This document shows positions 58,143-64,000 of a stretch of 64,000 nt of DNA, piece by piece (the stretch's first letter is position 1; every line of letters starts with the position of its first letter). Made by a program: the position numbers and the translations under genes. Source of the DNA: Corallococcus sp. (GTDB lineage: Bacteria; Bacillota; Clostridia; Christensenellales; CAG-314); the NCBI GenBank assembly GCA_023667435.1, contig JAMPAB010000003.1, positions 3,176-67,175 of the forward strand. The letters are read 5' to 3'. Under the pieces are notes generated by a model. It made no database searches, was not told the origin of the DNA, and was given only the letters and a program-made list of their open reading frames with translations.

Positions 58143-59228
58143 ATGATACTTTACAAAAACGGCTCCGCATTGATAAACGGCAAGCTTGTGCGTACGGATA
58201 TTGCGGCGAATCACGGACGGATAATTGCGATCGATTCGGATATCGTTCCCGACGAACAGACGGAAGTGGTGGATTGTTCGGGACGTTTCATTTTGCCCGC
58301 GTTGGTGGATATTCATACGCACGGCGCAAACGGGTACGATTTCAATTCCGCAGATTTTGACGGAATGAAAAAGATAATGGAATTTTATGTGTCTCACGGC
58401 GTCGGAACGGTATTTCCTACTGTTATGACCGACAGCGACGAAACGATTTTGAAACAGGTTTCGCTCATTGCAAAGCTTGCAAAGGAATATCCCGAAGTAA
58501 AGGGGATTCATTTGGAAGGTCCGTTTTTGTCCGAGCAGTATTGCGGAGCAATGCCGAAACAGTATTTGCAAAAGCCGTCGTTCGACAAATTTCTGCAATA
58601 CCAGAAAGCTGCCGAAGGATTGATAAAGTTAGTAACGGTAGCTCCCGAATTGCCCGATGCGATTGCCTTTATCGAAGAAGCCGTCGCGGCGCGAGTAAAA
58701 GTGTCCGTCGGTCACAGCGCCGCCGATGCGGAAACGGTAAAAAAAGCGTTGACAGCAGGGGCAACGTCTTTTACGCACTGGGGAAATGCAATGTCGCAGC
58801 TTGACAGACACAATTTAAACGTTTCGGGCAGCGCGCTTGCAAGCGACGCGTACTGCGAAGTTATCTGCGACGGAAAGCACGTGAACGGAGACGTGTTGAA
58901 ACTTCTTGTAAAAGTTAAAGGAATAGACAAGGTAATAGGCGTAACCGACAGTATTATGGCTACGGGACTTGCCGACGGCAACTACAAACTCGGCGTCAAC
59001 GACGTAACGGTGTCTAACGGCGACGCAATGCTTACGGGAACGGACGTTCGCGCGGGCAGTACGTTGGATGCGTATACGGGACTTGCCAACGTCGTAAGTT
59101 ATACGGGACTTCCCCTTGCCGAAGCTATCAAACTGTGGACGGTTAACCCCGCGCGTATGGTAGGATTGTCGCGCCGCATAGGAACAATCGAAGTGGGAAA
59201 AGACGCCGACTTTATTCTGTTCGGTTGA
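58143..59228 (+). CDS. nagA: N-acetylglucosamine-6-phosphate deacetylase
   Basis: 361-aa ORF: ..PALVDIHTHGANGYDF.., ..HLEGPFLS.., ..GHSAA.., ..VGKDADFILF. AAGGAG is upstream. Confidence 0.85.
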   Translation: MILYKNGSALINGKLVRTDIAANHGRIIAIDSDIVPDEQTEVVDCSGRFILPALVDIHTHGANGYDFNSADFDGMKKIMEFYVSHGVGTVFPTVMTDSDETILKQVSLIAKLAKEYPEVKGIHLEGPFLSEQYCGAMPKQYLQKPSFDKFLQYQKAAEGLIKLVTVAPELPDAIAFIEEAVAARVKVSVGHSAADAETVKKALTAGATSFTHWGNAMSQLDRHNLNVSGSALASDAYCEVICDGKHVNGDVLKLLVKVKGIDKVIGVTDSIMATGLADGNYKLGVNDVTVSNGDAMLTGTDVRAGSTLDAYTGLANVVSYTGLPLAEAIKLWTVNPARMVGLSRRIGTIEVGKDADFILFG

Positions 59229-59231
59229 TAA

Positions 59232-59263
59232 GCGCCACAAGCACATACAACAGTCGCTTCGTG
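59232..59263 (+). repeat. 32-nt perfect direct copy of an internal rpmE coding segment
   Basis: GCGCCACAAGCACATACAACAGTCGCTTCGTG is identical to 59522-59553 (rpmE codons 10-20). It starts 4 nt after the nagA stop. Confidence 0.9.
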
Positions 59264-59332
59264 CCGCACTCGAAGCGTTAGAAAATAATATTAGCGGCGC
59301 AACCGAATGCGACGTGTAAAAAAGAACAAAAC

Positions 59333-59362
59333 AAGTAAAACGGGCAATCGTTTGATTGCCCG
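59333..59362 (-). terminator. Intrinsic terminator after rpmE
   Basis: Minus strand reads CGGGCAATC-AAAC-GATTGCCCG followed by TTTTACTTGTTTT. Confidence 0.8.
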
Positions 59363-59373
59363 TAAGAATTATC

Positions 59374-59580
59374 TTATTGAAGACCGTATTTTTTCTTGAA
59401 CTTGTCAACGCGTCCGCCTGCGTCTACCAACTTTTGCTTTCCTGTAAAATAAGGATGGCATTTGTTGCAGATTTCTACCTTAATAGTATCGGTATCTTTA
59501 GTCGTACCGGTCTTAAAGGTTGCGCCACAAGCACATACAACAGTCGCTTCGTGATAATTCGGATGTATACCTTGTTTCAT
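59374..59580 (-). CDS. rpmE: 50S ribosomal protein L31 (Zn-ribbon type A)
   Basis: [32 protein letters not shown] (68 aa). Confidence 0.95.
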   Translation of the reverse strand: MKQGIHPNYHEATVVCACGATFKTGTTKDTDTIKVEICNKCHPYFTGKQKLVDAGGRVDKFKKKYGLQ

Positions 59581-59687
59581 TTCGCTTTACCTCGCTTTAA
59601 AATTTTAGGTCGCCCTAATCGTGCCAGTCTATTATAACTTGCAGCAAGCAAAGTGTCAAGCGTTTTTCGGGTCGAACGCAAAACGCA

Positions 59688-60173
59688 TTACATCGGTTGG
59701 GGAGAAATTATTTCACCGTCGTAATACTGCATTATCAGTTCCAGCGCTTTATCGTCGTATGCAAACGTAATTCTTTTTTTGTTTGTGTTTTCCCAAACGC
59801 GTACGCGCCGAAACGAGAAACTCGGCTTGTCTTTCGTCATTGCGTTAAACACCCAAAATTTTGCTCCGCCGAAAATCAATTCTATCCGTTTGACGTCCGT
59901 CCATTTCATTTTATTCAGTTTTATTTTTCCGAAGTAAAGCGCGATCCCCGTTTCGTCGATTACGACGTCGGAAAATCCCCAAATAACCGTAAGCACCGAA
60001 AGAGGCAACATTAAAAGCGCTATTACAACTATTGCGGCAATAATTATCGCTCCGTCCCGTCGCGCGCCGTCGACGAACAAAATAGAAGCAATCGCTAAGG
60101 TTATGACAAGCGGTATCGATGCAATTACGGCGTACGTCGTTTTTTGAGACTTTTTGAATACGGGGAATTTCAT
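59688..60173 (-). CDS. Hypothetical two-TM membrane protein
   Basis: 161-aa ORF with AGGAGG 7 nt upstream of MKFPVFKK. It lies downstream of the SPFH gene, probably in the same operon. Confidence 0.6.
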   Translation of the reverse strand: MKFPVFKKSQKTTYAVIASIPLVITLAIASILFVDGARRDGAIIIAAIVVIALLMLPLSVLTVIWGFSDVVIDETGIALYFGKIKLNKMKWTDVKRIELIFGGAKFWVFNAMTKDKPSFSFRRVRVWENTNKKRITFAYDDKALELIMQYYDGEIISPQPM

Positions 60174-60205
60174 TTGGCTTTCCTCCTGCAAATTTGCGAG
60201 ACTTT

Positions 60206-61264
60206 TTACGATTGGGGATTTACGGGTACGTAAACGTTGGCGGAGTCGCCGCCGATAACGTTAGGCAGTTTGCCGTCCCACACTTCCAAATACTCGACGT
60301 ATTTGAGATAATCGGATATAACCTTGATTTCCGCGTCCGTCTTACCCGTAAAGTCTATCACGTAGTTTGTAACTTCTTCCGTCGAAGTTTCTTCGTCTGC
60401 AATTACTGTAAATCCCAGCATACGCGCAACTTCTAGCGATTTAAGTTTAATGGCGTTTGCTTCCGCAAGAGCTTTTACTCTGACCGCTTCGGCGTCGCCT
60501 TCCGCTTTTGCGATGTTCGCCTGAGCGGCAAGCTTTGCAACTTCCAGTTCCTTTTCCGCTTCGATTATCGCCTTTTCCTTTTCGTATTTTGCTTTTAACT
60601 GTTGCTGTTCGGCAATCATTTTGTCTTCGACGGTTGCTTCGAACGCGTCGGAGAAATCGATATTTGTTATTACCACCGTTACTATATCCACGTAGTAATC
60701 GCCCTGTACGGTTTGCTTGATTGCCGCTTCGATATCGGGGCTTACCGAAGCGCGCGTTTCGATAATGTTCATTGCCGATTTTTTCGAAAGAACGGTCTTA
60801 GCTTTGTCGATTGATACCGACTGTATACGCTGCGACAGTCTTTCCAAACCGCCGTAATTGTTGGCGATTTGAATGGCTTTTTCCGACTGAATCTGATATT
60901 GAACGACTATGTTTACGTCCATTGTCTGCGCGTCGGACGAATAGCACATTGTAGATATGTCTTCCTGTTGAACGGTAGTGTCGTAAATTGCGTACTCGTT
61001 GCTGATCCAAAAGTCGAAGTACGTACCGGGACTGCGGACGTATTTTGCATCGCCCCACACTTTTACTACGGCTACTTGTCCGGGTTCGACGGTGTGAATA
61101 CTGAAAGGTACCGTTAAAAACAGCGCACAGCACGCCGCCGCGACCGAAACGCACGCTACGAAAAATTTGTTATTGTAACGTTTTTTCGAGCGGAACAGAA
61201 CTGCTCCGACAACGCTGCCGACGATTGCTAAAATCAATACGATTGCTAAAATTGTTCCCAACAT
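60206..61264 (-). CDS. SPFH/Band-7 (prohibitin-like) domain protein
   Basis: 352-aa ORF with an N-terminal TM segment, a PHB-like core and an A/E/K-rich coiled region. AAGGAG is upstream. Confidence 0.75.
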   Translation of the reverse strand: MLGTILAIVLILAIVGSVVGAVLFRSKKRYNNKFFVACVSVAAACCALFLTVPFSIHTVEPGQVAVVKVWGDAKYVRSPGTYFDFWISNEYAIYDTTVQQEDISTMCYSSDAQTMDVNIVVQYQIQSEKAIQIANNYGGLERLSQRIQSVSIDKAKTVLSKKSAMNIIETRASVSPDIEAAIKQTVQGDYYVDIVTVVITNIDFSDAFEATVEDKMIAEQQQLKAKYEKEKAIIEAEKELEVAKLAAQANIAKAEGDAEAVRVKALAEANAIKLKSLEVARMLGFTVIADEETSTEEVTNYVIDFTGKTDAEIKVISDYLKYVEYLEVWDGKLPNVIGGDSANVYVPVNPQS

Positions 61265-61345
61265 AATAAACTCCTTCGCGGCAAGTTTTACCGCCTTATA
61301 TTTTTATTACAAAGCGAACGTTTTTTCGCAATTTCCGTAATAGTT

Positions 61346-61388
61346 TTTAAAAAAACAAAAAAACTCATACGAAAACTTTCGTATGAGT
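61346..61388 (-). terminator. Intrinsic terminator inside the SPFH 5-prime leader
   Basis: Minus strand reads ACTCATACGAAA-GT-TTTCGTATGAGT followed by TTTTTTTGTTTTTTT. It lies about 85 nt upstream of the SPFH ATG. Confidence 0.8.
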
Positions 61389-61506
61389 CTCATCTTTTAA
61401 TCTCTGCCGAACGTATTTATTTACGTTGTGATGACGGCAACGAGCAACACGCGCGTGTCAGTTACTCCCTCATATATGCGGAACGATTTATCCGCTTTGC
61501 ATAATT

Positions 61507-61535
61507 ATTGTAGCAAATCTTCAAAAGAAAGTCAA
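61507..61535 (-). promoter_or_regulatory. Promoter TTGACT-17-TACAAT driving the SPFH leader
   Basis: Reverse complement of 61530-35 is TTGACT and of 61507-12 is TACAAT, with a 17-nt spacer. Confidence 0.6.
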
Positions 61536-61679
61536 TATTTTCTCGATCGATTTTACTATAAATTCGGTTTTAGGCAAGCATAAAGCGCAATTTATAATTC
61601 GGTTTCGCCGCAATATAAAAATGCAAACGTTGTCGTATTCGCCGAATTTTTAAAGGTTTGCAATCTGGCGGCGCAAGCT

Positions 61680-62402
61680 TTATTTTATTACTTTTTTTAT
61701 TTGACGGTACGCGTCTATATTGTCTCTCTTTGCGGACAGAGGAGTAATCGAAACGTAACCGTTCATGGTTGCGTCGGTATCGAGTTCCAAATTGTCCCCT
61801 ATATTGTAAACGGAATATCCCTGTTGGTCGAAAAGACAGTCGTCCACTTTTACGAATTCGTCGGAAAAATATGCTCCGCCCTGTTTTGTGATTGCGACCG
61901 ATTTTGCCTGAGGAGGAATATTGACGTTGTATATACCGTTGTATGCAAACAGGTTATTTTTGATTATAAAGCCGTATGCCGTATCCAAATACTGCTCGGC
62001 GTATTCTACTCCGTCGTAATCGGCGGAAAAAGCGATGCCTTTTGTTCCGCGCAAGGCGGTTTCGAATATTGCGCCGACGGTTCCGCTGTACAAAATATCT
62101 TCGCCCAAGTTGTAACCTTTGTTTATTCCCGATAAAATGAGGTCGTATTCTCTGCCGAGTCCGATTGTTGCAAACCGCACGCAGTCTACGGGAGTGGAAT
62201 CGACGGCGTAAGCCTCTGCGCAATAGGGAAAGTCTGCTTTTTCTATCGCTATGGGAGAGTGGACGCAGATTGCGTGGCTTTTCGCGCTCTGCTGCGTTTT
62301 GGGTGCGCATACCGTAACTTCGCCCAGTTTTTGCGTCCACTTTGCAAGAATCCGTATTCCTTCCGATTCTATTCCGTCGTCGTTGGTAACAAGTATTTTC
62401 AT
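61680..62402 (-). CDS. surE: 5-prime/3-prime-nucleotidase SurE
   Basis: MKILVTNDDGIESEGI.. and ..SGINKGYNLGEDILYSGTVGA... The ATG overlaps the upstream stop (ATGA). Confidence 0.9.
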   Translation of the reverse strand: MKILVTNDDGIESEGIRILAKWTQKLGEVTVCAPKTQQSAKSHAICVHSPIAIEKADFPYCAEAYAVDSTPVDCVRFATIGLGREYDLILSGINKGYNLGEDILYSGTVGAIFETALRGTKGIAFSADYDGVEYAEQYLDTAYGFIIKNNLFAYNGIYNVNIPPQAKSVAITKQGGAYFSDEFVKVDDCLFDQQGYSVYNIGDNLELDTDATMNGYVSITPLSAKRDNIDAYRQIKKVIK

Positions 62403-63388
62403 AGCCAACCCTCGTGAGTCGCTTTGTATTCTTCTACCATTTTATCGGCGTCGTTTAACATAAGTCGAATTTCGTCTTCGCTTTGCAGCGTCGCTCCGCA
62501 AGTGCATTGATGACCGCCGCCGCCGTATTTTTCGGCAAGCTCGTTTATCGTCATAAATCTGCTGCGTAAACGGACGCGTATCGAGCCGTCTGGCATCGAT
62601 ATAAACGCAAGCCAGGCGATGCTGCCTTTTATGCTTTTAAGAAAAGATACCGCTTCGCTTGCCTGTTCGATAGTTAGGCGGAACTTCTTTTGCATAGCTT
62701 TGTCTACGTACAAATAGGCGACGCCGTGCTGCGTAATTTGCATCTTTTTAAAAACGTACGCCTGAAATTTGAGGTAATCGAAATCTTCTAAATAAAGATG
62801 CGCGTACAGCGTTTCGGTGTCTATTCCCATATCCAGCAGAGCGCTTGCAAGCCTAAGCGTTTCTCCCGTAGTGGATTCGTAACGGAACCGTCCGCTGTCC
62901 GTTACCATTCCCGTAAATATGTAGGTTGCGGCAAGCTTGTCTATTTTCAATTCGTCCTTGAACGTTTGATAGAAGTAAGCTACCATTTCGCAGGCAGACG
63001 ACCGCCAATCTTCTATCCAGCACAAGTCTCCGTACGGATGAATGTCGATATGGTGGTCGATTTTTATAATCTCTTTTGCAAGCTTTACGTTGTCGTTGGA
63101 AATTCTGTCCTCCGTTGCGGTATCCAATACGATGAGCAGCGAGTCGGCATACGCTTTAAGATCAATCGGATCGTCGTCTTTGCCGAGAAAAGCCAAATAG
63201 TCCGAACCGTCTTTTGTTTGCAGTGAAATTTCTTTGTCGGGATAGGTCAGTTTCAATATTCTGCAAAGTCCCTTAGACGAGCCTATCGCGTCGCCGTCGG
63301 GGCGGATATGACGGGTGATTATTATTTTGTCGTATTCCTTTATCTTATCTAATATTTTGCGCATTGTTGCAAGCTGTTCGGTCATCAT
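62399..63388 (-). CDS. nrnA: DHH-family phosphoesterase (NrnA-like)
   Basis: 329-aa ORF: ..TRHIRPDGDAIGS.., ..KIDHH.., ..GMVTDSGRFRY.., ..GGGGH... Confidence 0.75.
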   Translation of the reverse strand: MMTEQLATMRKILDKIKEYDKIIITRHIRPDGDAIGSSKGLCRILKLTYPDKEISLQTKDGSDYLAFLGKDDDPIDLKAYADSLLIVLDTATEDRISNDNVKLAKEIIKIDHHIDIHPYGDLCWIEDWRSSACEMVAYFYQTFKDELKIDKLAATYIFTGMVTDSGRFRYESTTGETLRLASALLDMGIDTETLYAHLYLEDFDYLKFQAYVFKKMQITQHGVAYLYVDKAMQKKFRLTIEQASEAVSFLKSIKGSIAWLAFISMPDGSIRVRLRSRFMTINELAEKYGGGGHQCTCGATLQSEDEIRLMLNDADKMVEEYKATHEGWL

Positions 63389-63399
63389 ACGTCGGCTCC

Positions 63400-64000
63400 T
63401 TATCTCAATTCGTTCAGCTCGTTTAGCATTTTGTAAGCAACGTCCAGGTTTTCCACCGTCGCGCCGCTGGCTTTGGAGTGTCCGCCGCCGCCGTACTTTA
63501 CGGCTACGGGATTTATATTATACTTTTTAGAACGCAATTCGCACAAAACGCCGTTGTCCGTCTCGGTAAAGTTGACCCAAATATCTACGCCTTTTATATC
63601 TGACATTACACCTACCATACCGCGCGAAACGGTAAAAGCGTCAACGTTCGACTTTGCAAGTTCTTCCTTTGTCGTCACTATGTAGGCGACGTTGTTTTCC
63701 GTAAATTTAACTTTAAGCGTATAGCTTGCGCGCAACTTTATCGTTTCGAAGTCGTCTGCGTAAAGGTCTGCGTAAAGTTTGTTTGTATCGAAATCGTATT
63801 CTCTGAGTTTCGAAGCTAACAGAAAGGTTCTTGCATTGACGGAGTCGTAACGGAAACGTCCACTGTCCGTTACCATTCCCGTAAACAAAGCTTTCGCCGC
63901 AGCGTCGTTGAAATCGAGCTTGCATCGAATTGCGAAATCCGTAATAAGTCCGCAGCAACTTTCGTAATCGGAATTTACGATATCCACGTCCGCGATAGTT
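63400..64000 (-). CDS. Second DHH/DHHA1 phosphoesterase paralog (5-prime end beyond the window)
   Basis: Reading frame is open to the window edge. ..FTGMVTDSGRFRYDS.. and ..YGGGGHSKASGA.. parallel the neighbouring paralog. Confidence 0.7.
   Translation of the reverse strand, partial: TIADVDIVNSDYESCCGLITDFAIRCKLDFNDAAAKALFTGMVTDSGRFRYDSVNARTFLLASKLREYDFDTNKLYADLYADDFETIKLRASYTLKVKFTENNVAYIVTTKEELAKSNVDAFTVSRGMVGVMSDIKGVDIWVNFTETDNGVLCELRSKKYNINPVAVKYGGGGHSKASGATVENLDVAYKMLNELNELR

Noticed and set aside
61400-61500. Calling the SPFH leader a yybP-ykoY (Mn2+) riboswitch.
   Set aside because: Only a short GAGGGAGUAAC resemblance was found. I could not find the conserved 3-prime strand or four-way junction, and the downstream gene is atypical. 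It is kept as an unclassified leader.

Overview
This is an origin-proximal chromosomal segment of a spore-forming, Clostridia-like Firmicute. It carries about 55 protein genes. They include parB/parA, mnmE-mnmG-rsmG, jag-yidC-yidD-rnpA-rpmH, deoD, pepV, radC, gltX, mscL, dnaA, a rubrerythrin, dnaN, degV, uppP, ychF, rlmH, lepB, a gerA-type germinant receptor operon, nagA, rpmE, surE and two DHH paralogs. There is one tRNA-Pro(CGG) with a decayed integrase island next to it, and no rRNA or CRISPR array. A cluster of near-consensus DnaA boxes lies upstream of dnaN (32.66-32.81 kb). The usual rpmH/oriC/dnaA/dnaN synteny is rearranged. Four things stand out. (1) A five-copy family of promoter-proximal modules sits at four loci, always co-oriented with the downstream gene (parAB, deoD, an orphan TIR-domain gene, an SDR). 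Each module has YTAAC hexamers phased at exactly 10 bp, always starting with TAACGACGT, followed by a hairpin with compensatory arm changes and a loop of about 31 nt. (2) A cassette of about 100 bp bounded by TTATATAATAT inverted repeats is found in opposite orientations upstream of deoD and of the TIR gene. (3) A noncoding region of about 530 nt next to dnaA has long helices, an internal duplication and no ORFs, and I cannot assign it to a known RNA class. (4) A promoter-plus-terminator leader precedes an SPFH gene. Smaller observations are a 35-nt palindromic repeat family, two multi-lesion pseudogenes, and a 32-nt copy of rpmE coding sequence beside nagA. All functional calls come from motif recognition by eye; no searches were run.
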